The notes beneath the pieces are model-generated. The model searched no databases. It saw only the letters and a program-made list of their open reading frames with translations, and had not been told where the DNA came from. The translations under genes and the position numbers were made by a program. A stretch of 64,000 nt of DNA from Lama guanicoe (lineage: Eukaryota): positions 1,231,509 through 1,295,508 of the forward strand of contig MU054220.1 of assembly GCA_013239625.1 (NCBI GenBank). Direction: 5' to 3'. Positions 22,951-37,110 of this stretch are shown piece after piece (the stretch's first letter is position 1; each line of letters begins with the position of its first letter).

Positions 22951-25184
22951 AAAGATAGTAGGTAGGTGGCTTTATCATCAAGTTCAGCCACTGGGAGGGA
23001 GGAGCGAAGGGAAGCTTCCTTAAGGAAGAGGTTGGGGTGGGTAGGCCGGGGTCTGCAGGAGCACACAGCACGGAGCTCACGTCCCATCAAGAGCCTGTGA
23101 ATCCAGCAGGCACGGCCCAGCAGGGTGATTGAGAAGTTTAGGTTCAACTCTTCCTCTGACACTCGTGAGCTCTGGGACTTGGGGGTCTTGCCAAGCCATC
23201 CATTTCATCAGTCACAAAATGACAGAAGCACGGATGCAATACCGACCCTATGTCTGAGTTCTCCTGGGGCTCTGACAAAACAAGGTTCTATGCTCCCAGC
23301 CTCACAGCCTCCCTCCTGCCTCAGCAAACCTCCGAAGCTGCCGCGCCTCAGCTGGCGTACTGCCCTTCCAGCCCAGGAGACGTCCAGGCTCTGAGCCCCT
23401 TCGGGTCCATGCCTCTTCCCGCGGCAGGCCCTGGGCTAGATGCCAAAGACACCAAGGCACAAAAGGTGGTTCTGACTCACCGAGAGCTCGTGGGCAAGAG
23501 CAGCACAAAGGCAAAGGCAGGGCAGAAAGGGAGCCAGGAGCCACCTGGTGAGGAGGCAGGGGGTGCCCAGGGACATGGTGAGTCTGGGGGACAGAGAAGG
23601 AGGGGCGCGGTGGCTTGAGAGTGATCTCATGTGAGAACTTGATGCTAATTGGTTCTAATTGTTATAATGTTGACTGAGCCTTAACTATCAGCCAGTCACG
23701 GCACTACAGCTGTTACACTCATCATCTCCCTTAAGCCTGACAACCAGGACCCAGGAGGCAGCAACTGTGTTCATCCCCATTTTACAGATAAAGAAACTAA
23801 GCCCTGGAAAAGTGAAGCTCCTGACCCAAATCTTTCAGCTAGTAAGTCTAAGATTCCAGCCCAAGTCTGCCTGACTGAAGCTCTTGACCTTACCCATTCC
23901 CGGGAGCACTAAGCTGGTTCACCCCTGGACAAATCTCATCTGAGACCACGGAACCCAAAGGCAATTGCAGGGCTGCCCGTCACAAGCCCCTGCTTGTCCT
24001 GGGCCTAGGGGACAGGTTCCATCAACCCATTTAAATTGACTGAATAAAGAAGGCTGGGCATTGTTCTCAAAAGGAGCAGAGTTCGAGGGTAAATTCACAG
24101 AACCTGGATTTTAGCAACTGACAAAGCTTAAGGTTTTCTATGCTACACGCTGGGTTTTCAGGGATGGGTAGTAAGTGACTGAATAACACAATGGGTAACA
24201 ATAGACTCTTTATGCTTCTAAAACCAAGCCCACACACCATATGACAATAGTTATTTTTACCCACTGACGTAATTAACCAAAATGCGAACCGCTTCAAGCA
24301 ATTTTCAAAATCAAGTCGCATTTTATGGGATTCGCAACATGCACGGATTTCAATACTGAAAGGTCATCATTCTTCCTTCCATTTACCTCTCTTGTGAAAA
24401 TTACCCAACAGCTCCCTATAAAATTGGTGTAAAAAGGTAAACCATTAGTCATGAAAATGGCAGATAGGGTGGGCACTCCCTCGGAACCCAGAAGCCAGGC
24501 AATAAACACCTTTATGGGAAACTTCCCAGAAGGCAGATGTGGCATCATGGGGCAGCCTGAATACCTGGCATCCTTTTCCACCCTCAAATCCATAGGCAGG
24601 AGATAGACAGACGAACAGGCAGCTGGGCAAGTGGTACCCACAGCACAAGTCATCAGGCAAAGATGAGAATGTGCTGACTTTCAGCCTCATTTGCAGACAC
24701 ATGACCCTCTGAATGCGATGCTGTCATCAAAAGGACTGTGGAGAAGGGTCAATAAGATCCATAATTTTGTGCCCCCAAAAAGTCAGGTGAGGCTTTGAAG
24801 GAAGGAATGACCAGCTGGCTCACTCACCCCTTCCTCTAGCGGCAGTTGGAGCCATGATGAACATTTCCCTTCCAAATGCACAGAGGAAAAAAGTAACCAG
24901 AGGGACTATTTTGGTGAGTCTCCGTGAACTCTGGGGTGCAGGGCTGAGGACGACCTTGGAAATCCCAGGCCAGAAGTTTCCATGGGTATTTTTAGTGGAA
25001 CTTATTTTTTTTTTCCAAAAAGAATACACTAAAGAGCTATATGTACAGAGTTCCCCATTTCACATATATCTACATATGCATAAAGTCTGTGTGTGTACAC
25101 GTACTCAGACAAAAGCCATTATATGTTTTTTGTTGTTGTTGTTATATATTTAAAGTTACAGATTTCCTTGTTCTTATTTTGTGT

Positions 25185-25322
25185 TTTTTTTCTTTTTAGT
25201 TTTTCTTCTGTGGGGGAGGGGTAATTAGGTTTATTCATTTATTTTTAGAGGTACTGGGGGCTTGACCCAGGATCTCGTGCATGCTAAGCATGCGCTCTAC
25301 CACTTGAGCTGTCCCCTCCCCC
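25185..25322 (-). mobile_element. tRNA-Ala-derived SINE
   Basis: Plus strand gtaattaggtttattc...gaggtactggggg...ctcgtgcatgctaagcatgcgctctaccacttgagct. Confidence 0.85.
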
Positions 25323-27744
25323 TACTTTGTTCTTTCTTATTTTCAATGTAATTGATGCATAACCAAATTGAGACACGGGTCTTAACCTGTATTCTCCAAT
25401 GTATTAAAATTTGGCATAACACACATTTGGGCAAGCATTTTCATTACAATTTTAAGCCCAGCCAAACTAGAAGGGGCAGTTGGTGGGGGGCATGTTTTTA
25501 ATGAAACTCAAAGGAAACATTTATGGAACCCCCGATGCACCTCAAGGAACACAGTTTGTAGTAGGAATCTACCTACCCTTTGACTCTATGAAGGAAAAAA
25601 GTAAGTCCCAGAGTGAAGCAGCAACTCAGCCCAGATCACCCAGCCCTGAGACTAACGCACAAATCCGTGGGCTCCTTGGCAGCGTTCATCTCCTCATTTT
25701 ATGAGAAGATCAGGGTTGGCAGGACCCAGGCCCCTGTCTGAACCCTTTCTCCACATCATATGATAAATCTGGAGGTTCTAAATTGGAGTTCCACGGTCCA
25801 AATCTAGCCCACTGACATGTTTAGTCTATCCACAGTGTTGGTTTTGTTGTTTTTTTTTTAACTCGCCTCCAATAGAACACTGTCCTATTTTCCCCATTGT
25901 ACTTTTTTCCAACTTTGAGACACTGTGACTTCATTATTTGGCCCACTCCATTTAGTTATGTTCCCATCTATCTCTGACTTTCTGACCTTTGACTGGAGTG
26001 CACCTTGCAAAGTCACAGGTTGCAATTATTGATTGTTTACTTTCTAAGTTTCTCTCTCAGGAAGAGAGCTCTGGCCAGTGCCAGACATGAATAATATATA
26101 TGATGAGGATCTAAAATGCACCACATTGCCTGCCCCTCAATCCACACTCATCCCCTGACCTGCTCCCCCATGTCACCACCACCCACCAAAAGGAGCAAAA
26201 ACAGGGTAAAGTGTTCTGATCTTATAGTTGAAGACTTCGATTTTCTACTCCTGAATCTGAATAAAACCATTCCATAAATCCCACCAATTTCCTCCTGCAC
26301 CACCCATCCACCTTAGAGTTTGGATAAAAATAGCTAATAGACACCATTTACCAAGTGCCTGCTATGTCCAGGGCCAGCTCCTCATGAAATCCTCCTCTTT
26401 TCCACCGCCTACCGCCCAGCCAGGAGCATCCACAATCCATGCCTTCCTGGCTCCCCAGGCCCCCACAGCCCTCCCCCTTCCTCCCAGAGGAGGACTGAAC
26501 ACCAGGACTCCAGGTTCCAACTTGGCAAGCTCTGCCTTCAACTGACCACAGAAAGCTAGGGGGTCTCTCACTATCTATGAACGCCAGCCAAGAAGCCAAG
26601 GGTGGATTCTATCTCCAAGGTCACAAGGGCCAGCAGTGATTTCAACAGACCCAGAAGCTTCTCACGCCCTCTTCGAGCCCATCCTGAAGAACCCTACATT
26701 CTTCCAAGGTTTGCAAATGGAGGTTCCCACCAGCCAAACCACCACCTCACTCATTTCCGCTGCACTGTGGAATCGAGGTGGACAGAGAACAGGGTTGGGT
26801 AGGAAACCAACAGGGCCTGGAGTCAGCTCTGGGTGTGAATTTTGGCACCACTACTTATTTGCAAGGAGTCCAGAGGCCAGTGACCTCACTTCTTGATCTG
26901 TTTCACCTGTAAGTTGCCATCTCTCTGTAGGCTCGATGTGGGGACTAAGCACGCAGTAAGCGCTCCACAAACAGCAGGAAACATGAGTCACCAAGGTGGG
27001 AGGGCACAGGAATTGAGAGAAGACACCCTGGTGTCCAGCCCTATCAGCTGTACGCGCCTGAGCCAGCTCCTCATCCTCCTTCAGCAACATCCCCAACAGT
27101 ACCCACCTGAGCAAGGGGGGAAGTGAAAGAGCGGTAAGTACAAAACCCAAGAGAGGGGTACCTGGGAGTTCATTTGTGCATATCTGATAACTTTCATAAC
27201 TAAAGAAATAAATGGTATAAAGAGCATTTCTCTCACAGGATTGCTGTACCAAGTCTTAAATGATATAATCCATATGATGCACTTAACATATACAGCAGGT
27301 GCACAGTACGTATTAGCTATTATTACACTTACTACTACGAGCAGGAGCTGGGACTGCAGGGTTCAAGGTGTGAAGCATGGGGAGGGGAGAGCTGTCACAA
27401 CAAAAACTAAGAAAAAGCAGAACCAGGAGGGATTTCTGCTAACACAGAAGCAAGAACAGCAGAGCAGGGCCAGCCGGTATCTTGCATTCGGTTGTATGAT
27501 GAGTGGAACATGGGCGGAAATTCTCAGACTGGCCGAATTCTCATCTCCTGCCACCCATCACGGCCAGAGCTGCACGGAGTCCATCCTGCATCCACCCCAG
27601 GAGAAAGATGCTCTCGACAAACCCATCGCCAACCCCACTCCACACTCTGCCATCGGGATGAGAGCCCAGGTCCCAGGACAGTCGAAGGGTGACCTCAACA
27701 ACCACAGGTGATGGTGACAGGTCACTTCTTACAGAGATTCTTCT

Positions 27745-28007
27745 TTTTTCTTTTTAACTGAGGTATAGTCAGTTTACAATGTTATGTCCATTTCTGGTGT
27801 AATGTTTCAGTCCTACATATGCATACATATATTCCTTTTCATATTCTTTTTTATGAAATATTGAATATAGTTCCCTGTGCTCTACAGTAGGACCTTGTTA
27901 TTTATCTATTTTATATACAGTAGTTAGTATCTGCAATTCTCCAACTCCCAATTTATCCCTTTCCACCCTCTTTCCTCCCTGGTAACCATAAGTTTGTTTT
28001 CTATGTC
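27745..28007 (-). mobile_element. L1 3'UTR fragment
   Basis: Reverse complement of the 3'UTR seen at 11143-11477. Approximate flanking duplication ttacagagattcttct / ttacagattcttct. Confidence 0.8.
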
Positions 28008-28063
28008 CTTTTACAGATTCTTCTGCCTCCAATATTCTCTTTCAATTAAAAAGTGCATCACTG

Positions 28064-28195
28064 AGGGGGCTGGGTATAGCTCTGTGGTAGAGCACATACT
28101 TAGCATGCACGAGGTCCTAAATTCAATCCCTGGCACCTCCATTAAAATAAATAAACAAACAAACCTAATTACCTCCTCCCACCAAAAAAAAAAAA
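28064..28195 (+). mobile_element. Full-length tRNA-Ala-derived SINE with clear TSD
   Basis: Head, linker aaataaataaacaaacaaacctaattacctcctcccacc and poly-A. TSD aaaagtgcatcactga / aaaatgcatcactga. Confidence 0.92.
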
Positions 28196-28561
28196 ATGCA
28201 TCACTGAAACATCCAGACAACACAGGAAATGTCAACTGTTCTCCAATCAGCTCTTAACAATAACCAGAATACAACCACACCCACTCCCCCCAAAAATTTA
28301 AGGCAAGGCCAGGCCATCATCCTCTCTAAGAGACTGATCTTTGATAAAATGGCACCCTGGCAAGTCACCTGGGGCAAGTACCGTCAAGCCAGTGATGCCA
28401 CAAAGTAAACACATTATTTGATATCCAAGCAATGAAAAGAGAAAACTGAGTCATTAAACACTGGATAATCAGCAGCGCCTACCCACAAATGGCGAGGGCA
28501 GCCACGGGAGGTGACAGGTGATGATCAATATCTCATAAAGCCTAATGAAAGCCCCAAATCA

Positions 28562-28865
28562 CTGATCGGCAAACCACTTCTGTCCAAGGCCAGACAGTAT
28601 ATATTTTAGTCGTATGACTCCACTGTTGTGATGTGAAATGAGCCACAGACAATGCGTAAGCTGGCGACCATGGCCGTGTTTCAGTAAAATTTTATTTATG
28701 AGCATTAAATTTCTATTTCATGTAATGTTTGCATGTCACAAAATATTTTTCTCTTGATTTTTTCTGAACCACTTAAAAATGTAAAAACCACTCTTGGCCC
28801 ACCAGCCACCCCAAAAAAGCAGCAGCTGGACTTGGCCCGCGGGACGGTAGTCGGCCGACCACTGT
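28562..28865 (+). mobile_element. MER58B-like hAT MITE
   Basis: atcggcaaaccacttctg...ggccagacagtatatattttag...ggccgtgtttcagtaaaattttatttatg...ggacttggcccgcggg...gccgaccactg. Confidence 0.65.
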
Positions 28866-31800
28866 TCCAAATCACTTACTCACCCTGGACGGGCCGCGGG
28901 CACAGGCCCAGAGCAGGCCAGAGCATGAGCCCGCGGTCTGGGTCTGGGTCTGTGTCCTGGTTCTGACAATCACTAGCTTAGGTACGAAGCTGAAGTTTAA
29001 TCTTCTCACCAGAAGATGGGGATCACGAGAGCACCCTCCTTGAAGACTTAAGATAATTAAATGAAACAACCTCTGGCACGAGGCAAATGTTCAAGAGGGG
29101 CTCACTCTACCATCACTGCCATTGTTTCTCTGCTTTTGGCTAAATGCCGATCAGCTCCGTTTAAGAACACAGGATCTCACAATGTAGGTCCGAATTCCCC
29201 GTTGGCCGGTAAGACAGGGGAAAGAACAAAATTTGCCTTAATGAACACAGGGTATTTGAGAGACAAAATCTCTCTCAGTATGGGTCCAACGGCGACAGAG
29301 GATGATGCCTGATGGTCAAAACACATAGGCCACAGAACTGCTTTCTCAGAGCAGCCCCGCTGGTACCCTGGACATTCACAACCCGACGCTGACCTTTGGC
29401 ACCTGGCATTAGCCAATTTATTTTTCCATGTATTTAACTTATGTCTCTAACTAGACAAGAAACTCTCTTAGGGTAGGGGGAGTCGCACACTTATATCCAC
29501 GCATGCCCAGCACATGGCCTTCCCTGTGACGTACGCATTCAGCACTGGTCAATTGGTGGATATTAACTGGATCTCCAGGGTCTGGAACAGAGCTGGTCTG
29601 GACATTAGTGGGTAAAACTGGATGGACGTGTGTGAACTTCAGGGCCTCAAGAGCAGCAATCAGGATATAGGTGGTTAATCACAAAGTAGGCTAAAATCTT
29701 AGGGATCGCCGGTACCGATCCACCTCTGCTTAGGGCTGAGGAAACAAGGCCCAGAGAGGTAAAGGGATTTGTCCAAAGTTCCTGGGTCTGAAGCTGTTCA
29801 CTGACCGCATTCTATAGGCCAAGCTCCATGATCATTCTAGGGACACAGAGACGAACGTCTCCTAGTCTCAAGCTGCCTAAAGACTGGCAAGGCAGACAAA
29901 GAAATAAACTGATTTTTTTTCCTCCTTTTAAGTGGAGCTGTTTAATTTGGTGAGTGTTTCAACTTTTCACATTCTACCTCTTTTGTGTTCTTCCAAATTT
30001 TTCAACATATACACCTTTTTTTTTTACGTTGCAACCGATGCCCTCTGTTAAGGAAAGCGTGAGTCATAAAAACAGAATTCACACTTCATACCCATTTTCC
30101 CATGTATCGACATAATCTCAAATCCCCTGAATAATCAGTGCTGTCACCCCTGCTTTGACTCGTCCTGGTCCCACAACCTAGAAGGCGAGAGCTGTCTCCC
30201 TTCCTCCTTTGCCCGAATAATTCCTGCTCATTCTTCTACCGGGACAACTTTGCCAAACTCCGTTCCCCAGCACAACATACGCTTTCTTCTGAAGGTATGC
30301 TCAGCACCTCACCTCTCCTCTTCCTGCTCATTACTGTAACAGTCTATTTGGCCAGAAACTCCTTTAGGCTGGGGCCTCTAACTCCGCGCCTAGCACAGTG
30401 CCTGCACCGGCTGACTGCAGGTCGTCTGCATGGTAAGTTTAGTTGCTAAAAGGGTGACACTGGGGAGATGGTCTAAGCATGAAAATCAGTTTTAATTTGG
30501 ACAGCAGGAGAGAACGGAAGAGAGCATTCAAGCTAAGAATAGTGTGAGTAAAAAGAAAAAAAACAATGCAAGAAGGCGCATGGAAGTGATTCTCACCCTC
30601 TGGTAAGTATCAGGACCATCTAAGGAACTTAGTAAAAATACAGAGGCCCAGCCTCATCCTGCTTCGGACAGCCTGGGCCTCTGTGTCCTTTACCAGCTCT
30701 TTAGGTGACTCATTTGAAATCCACTGGATGAAGGTATTTTAAAGGGACAGTGAGGGAGGGTGATGGAACCCAGAATCCCCTCTGGTCAGAAGTAGCCACA
30801 CCCCTAAGCTCCCAGGAAAGCCCTCAGCAGCTCACTCCAGGGAGCGAGCTGAGAATGGTTTAGTTAGAGGAAACTCAATCCAGAATAAACTAAAGACACC
30901 CTTTAACGGTCTTTAAACAAGAAAAGGGCCAGGTCTTCCGGAATCCAGGCTGAGTCTGCTCCGGAAGTTCCAGTTGGACTGAAACCAGACTATACTCGGT
31001 GGAGAAGGTGGGTCACAGGGAGGGTTTTTCTTAGATGCACTGCAAACTTCCGGCAGCTTCTTCCTGCTCTCCCGTAACAAATCCAGCAAGCCAACAAATC
31101 TTAGAAAGTAATAGCATCGGCCTATGTAGGAATTTGGACTAACAGGGACCAAGGACTTAAACCATTTTCATAGCAAGATGAGGAAGGACAATGCTCTTTC
31201 ACTCAGCCCTTAGTAAATCCTTTTCCTGCCCGTTGACTGGCACCATCCAGCCACACAGCGCGTTACTGGTTCCATTCGTGGGTCCCTTGCTTTTCCTGGT
31301 GTGCTTTCAGGAAACAAGATTCAGCACTGAAGAGACTTGATGGATGTAAACACATTCTGTAAACTGCTGTGAGCTGGGCTGAGTTCCAGCCAGACCTGAC
31401 GTGAATGAGTTGGCCTTTTCCAGAAGCACGAGAATGGTTGTGGAAGTCTGAGCCGGGTTCAGCCGCCCACCCCACACCCAACCAGCTGGGTGACACTGGG
31501 TGAGTCATCAATTCTCCTGGAGCTTTAATTTCCATATATTCAGGTGGGGAACGATGCTGCCTGACCTCTCACAGTTGTGACAAGCAGGAACTTCCATGGG
31601 GTCTTGTGCAAAGTAGCTGCTCAGCAAATGTTAGCTCGCTGAATGCCTGAAGTACACTCAACATCAGAAGTAGTCATATTTAGCGCTGAATGAAAGATAA
31701 ACACACATGCACACTGGTATTTTACCAGTTGAAAATAATTATTAACTACCAGCCACGTTGCACAAATACATTGCATTATATAAAAAGTCACTCTCTTCCA

Positions 31801-34139
31801 AAGTTTGCACTGACAAAGAAAAAGCCAAAATTCTCAAAGTCTCCTAAGTCCAGTCCATCTTTCTTTGCCATCTAATAAAACACTTTTCATTTCCTTTCAT
31901 GGGCTTAAACTTCACTAAAAGGCAGATTGTCTGAGGGCATGCCTCTGAGACAACAGGACTCTGTGTGTGCTCAAATAATCCCCTGTTCCAGTTGACTGTT
32001 TTCTATTTTTCTGAATAGACACTGTACAGAATCAGGAATCAGAAACGGTCCTGTGATCTCCCTAATTGCTTCCACAGACGAGTCCAAAATGGGTAAATTT
32101 TTTTTCAAAGACACAACTGACTCAAACCCCAAACGCTCCTCTAAAAGCCCTTATCAGCCTTCTCTCCCACAATGGCCTGGACCCCCACTCCCCACCCCCC
32201 ACCAACCCTCACCCCAGGGCTCGGCAAGAACTCAAACGGCAGAAAGGGCTCCCCCTCCAGACAAGACCCATCTCTGCCCAAGAAAGGCCAGCAAGGAGAA
32301 GAGGAAGGCTATTTGGAAGTCAAAGACAACATGTTCTTGGGCGTCCATCCTCTTACTACCCTGAATTTGACCCCAAGTCTGATCCAGAATCTTAGCCTTC
32401 AGGGAGCCACTGTGCTACCAAGGACTTCTACACCCCCAGATCATCCTTTACAGCCACATACAAGCTTCAGATACACACGTTCATCCCAGTAGACACCGAA
32501 AACCAGCCCACTCAACCTCAGATTTGACAGATCACAGTGGAGATCAGTGTCTCCATCTTCTTGGCATTCTACTGGAGCTCTCCAAATTCCTTATATAAGA
32601 TCATTAAGGAAACAGCCAGGTCCTGTTAATCAAAAAGTTGAACCAACAAGACCAAGCAGAAGCTAAAGTCTCATCAGTAAAGAGTTAAAAGATCCAAATT
32701 CCCAACAGGTTTGACATCAGACAACACTTGTCTGTCAACCTCTGTCAAAGTTATTAAGGAAATTTAATATGCCAGGAATATCTCACTATGATAGTTGGTA
32801 AGCTTGATAAAATGATTTTATTGCCTTAAAAAAAAATGAAGATAGTAAGAAACTCTAGGAAGGTCATTTTGGCAAGATCTGTGGGTGGCAGTCTATTTGG
32901 GATCTAAGAGAGACTGTTCCACACTTACGTGTTTTAACAAATTAAATATCAGGAAAACAATTTTATTTGGTCCTCGCTGTTCAAAGGAAAATTTCCCTGC
33001 TTGCACTGTGGCTTTTGACATCCTGCCAAGTTTCAGACACTGAAATATGAATGGGATTAAAAAGGATTAAGACAGAGTAAATGCTATTAACAGCTCTTCT
33101 ATTGCATGCATCTATCTTACTCAGGAGCCAATGACCCACCAGGGAAAAAGAAGAGCTGAGAAGGAACTGAGCTCATTCAACACCTGCTCACTTGGGACGG
33201 CGAGGTCAGCAGTTAATGCTGGGCTCTCTCCAGCCGCAGTCTGTGTCTGTCAAAGATTTGCACCATTCATCTTGACACATAATCAAAGAACACTTCATCA
33301 CAGGTCGTCAGTGCTGCAGGAGCCATCAGCAATCAGTGGCTTCCCTTTTTATTATTTGAGAACAGCAAAATCCTCTTGACAAATTAAATCTTATGGGAAA
33401 CCCAAATAAAACCAGTTAAGAGGGATAACATTATATTAGTAAGCCTTAATTTTTAAAGATCGCATCTACATCATTTCTTTATTGTGGAGTACCAATTTTT
33501 TAAAAAAAATGGCAACTTGGGCAAACACAAAAATCTGAAATCACATGTTAGTTACATCACATCCATTTCTGGGTTTCATTTGTCTGCACAAAAATCAATA
33601 AAATTCTGATTCACAGAGCTGTGGAGCTGCAAATGGTAAAAGTTTAACAATTCATCTCAATTAAACAGAAAGCAGAGGTTTTATTCCTAAGGGCATCATA
33701 AAAAAAAAATTAAGCTGGCAGTACAAAGGAGCACACGAGTAACCTCCAATGTTAAAGGTTTTTAATTCTCTTCCTAGCTTTATTGAGAAGTAATTGACAC
33801 GTAACATTGTGTGAGTTTAAGGTATACAACATGGTGAATTGATAGACGTATTATATATTGCAAAATTACTACCACATGAAGGTAAGTTAGTACATCAATT
33901 ACCTCACATAGTTACTTTTTGGGGAGAGAACATTTGAGATCTACTCTCAGCAATTTTCAAGTATAAAATACAGTATTGTGTTAAAAGTTTTAAATAATGA
34001 AAAATATTTTTCTTTTCATTTGAACCAAGCATTTAACAGAATTCCTGAAACATTTCAGAAAATGTTTCCTTGGGAGAGTTTTAAACTACTCCTCTGTATT
34101 CTAATCTTATACAAGCTCTACTAAAGGATTTTTTTTTTA

Positions 34140-37110
34140 AAGGAGGAACACTCCTTGATTCTATAAAGTCAATATAATCTTGATACTCAGACAAGGACAA
34201 AATGAGAAAGGAAAATTACAGGTCAACCTGATACATGATCACAGATGCAAAAAATCCCAAACAAAATATTAGTACACATGAATCCAGCAATGTATCGTAA
34301 CCAAGTTGACTTATCCCAGAAATGTAACAGTGGTTTCATTAGAAATAGAAAACACGTGTCATTTATTACATACCAGATTAAAGAAAAAAAAGCCATAAGT
34401 TTGTCTCAATAGATACAGAAAAAGCATCTGATAATATTTAACACTCATACAAGAGAAGTTCTTAGCAAATTCAGAGTAGAAAGGAACTTTAACTCACAAT
34501 GATGGCCAGCAACGTTTTGAACCCAGGTGAAACTGAGAAGGATTCCCTTTAAAATCAGGACCAAGACATTAATTGTCTACAGCTCAGTAAAGTTGGGGGC
34601 GGGGCAGCAGGGGTGGGAGGAGCAGAATCAAGACAAGGATGATCACTGTGACCACTTTAGTTTACATAACAGACAAGAAAGGAAGGAATAAAACCCTCAT
34701 TGCTTACAGAAAATGAGATAAGACTGGCCATATATTTAAATCTACAGATACATTATTAGAAATAATCAGAGAATTTAACCCAGCTGTTACTAAATCAAAT
34801 GTGTTTCCATATATCAGCCATAAAGAGAAGAGGTGATCTTTTTAAAGTTATCATTTACAATAACAGCAAAAGCCTGAGGAATCTAAGACTCCATCTAATA
34901 AACAGGTGTAAGCTCTGGGGGGAGATAATCATCAAACTTTTTTAGGCGTCAAGGAGCAGAGATACACCCTGTTCCACAATGGAAGACTCAACATGGAGAG
35001 ATGTCAGTTCTCATCAAGCTAATTATTGATTCAATGCAACCCCAACCAAAATCCAAATGAGGTGGGTTTTTTCCACAAAGTTGATCCTAAAACATACGTG
35101 GAAGTGCAAAAAGCCAGGAACTGCCAAGACCTCCTGAAGAATTCGGGGGAAGGGTTTCCTCTAGCACCTCTCAATACTTCTTATGATTAGAAAGAAAAAA
35201 GACTTATTATGATGCCAATAGTGATTAACACAGCGTGGTGCTGGTACAGAAACAGACACAGGGACCAGTGAAACAGAGTAAAGAACCCAGGGAGAAGAGG
35301 GGAGGGTATAGCTCAGTGGTAGAGTGCATGCCTAGCATGTATGAAGTCCTGGGTTCAATCCCCAGTACCGCCATTAAAAATTAATAAATAAGAAAAGGGG
35401 CATGAGAAGTATTTTTGGAGAACTGGAAATGTTCTAGATCTTGATCTGAATGGTGGTTGGTTACTGAGGTGTATACATCAAAATTTGTGCTGTACACCAA
35501 ATCCTTACACATTTAACTATGTAAGTTACACTTAGAAGAACAAGGACAACAAAAATGTGGGGTCTTGCCCCCCTTCTGTCATTAGTTTATACTTTTATTG
35601 CATTTAGCCAGTAAACTTATTTAAATACAATCAGCTTCTTAATATTTGAGATTTCTTTGAATCATAGTAGGTACATCTCTGTTATTGTTCCATGAGTATT
35701 TGAGAGAATATGTTATCTCTGCTATCTAGCTGTGTGACACTGAATGTGCTACTCAGCTTCTCTGTGCCCCAGTTTTTATGTCATTGAAATGTGGCTAACA
35801 TAGTACCTGAAATAAACAAACAAACAAACCTAATTACCTCCTCCCTCCCCCCACCAAAAAAGAACCCAGGGAGAAACCCACTCATCTATGGAACCTTGTG
35901 ATATGGCTCACATGGCACTGAAGTTCATTGACAAGAGGGAAGAATCCATCAAATGGAGAAAATGTTGGTGTCTACATGGAAAACTGTGGACCTGGATCTC
36001 TACCACCATACCTACCGTACACCAAAGCCACTTCCAAACAGATTACAGACATAATCGGGAAGGGCAAAACCCTGCAACTTTTAGACTAAACTACAGGAGA
36101 ATATAACTTCAGGGTAAGGAAGTATTTCTTAAACAAAACCCAAAGGCATAACCATAAAAAAGTGACTGATACATCTGATGCTGTTAAAACTAAGAACTTC
36201 AGTTCCCCAAAAGATATCTTGAAGCAAGTGAAGACAGCCACAAACTAAGACAATACAATGCATATAGCCAAGAGAGAATTAATCCTTAGAACATATATAA
36301 AGAGCTTCAATAAATCAATAAGATAAAGCAAATAACCCAACAGAAAAAAACGACGGAATGACCTGAACAATGTTTCACAGAAGAAATACACGTGACCAAT
36401 AAAGCCAGAAATAGTTGTTCAGATCAACACTACAGAAGTACATCATTTACACCCACTGGATTTGCAAAAATTCAGAACTCTGATAACAGCCAGTAATGGA
36501 GAAGCCGTGGGTCAATGGGACCTCTTACACAGTGCTGACAGAGGGGGAGAATGGCCACAATCACTCTGGAAGACAATTTGGCAGTTTGGTGAGGTTAAAC
36601 TTTATCACAGCGATTCCATTCACAGGACTGAGCCACACAGAAATCCTCTCTGCATATGAACCAGGAGACACGAGCTGGAATGTTCATACAGCAATACCGT
36701 AGGCAATAATCAAAAAAGTGGGAAAAGCCAAATGCCCATCATTCGGGAGAACAGATAAATGACTGCAGAATAACACACCGATCAACAGTTCATGTCTATA
36801 AAGCTGAATGAATTGCAGCCACACACAGTATGGATGCACATTAGACAAGACTGAGTGAAAAAAGTAAGTCACAGAGTGTGACATGTACCCTTAATAAGCA
36901 AAACTAAAAAACATATTGCTTAGGTATGTGCACATATATGTTTAAAATTTTTTTTAATGTTGAAAATGGATCCATGTAATTCAGGATAGTGGTGATCCGA
37001 TTGCGGGGTAGGCCAGGGACAGGCTCAAAAGGAACCCAGGTAGATGAAATGGCTGGGTGGTGGAGTCACAGGGGTGCACTTCATTACCATACTTGTAGCT
37101 CAACTAGGTT
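34140..37110 (+). mobile_element. Old, decayed L1 (ORF2 and 3' end), interrupted by a SINE
   Basis: Recognisable ORF2 nucleotide motifs (aaaggaaaattacagg, cagatgcaaaaaatcc, tctcaatagatacagaaaaagcatctgataa, tggaagactcaacat, cacacccactggatt, gaatgttcatacagca) with no intact frame. Confidence 0.8.
35297..35858 (+). mobile_element. tRNA-Ala-derived SINE split by a roughly 420-bp insert
   Basis: Head at 35297-35391 and tail at 35810-35858. Perfect 17-bp TSD aaagaacccagggagaa at 35280-35296 and 35859-35875. Confidence 0.9.
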
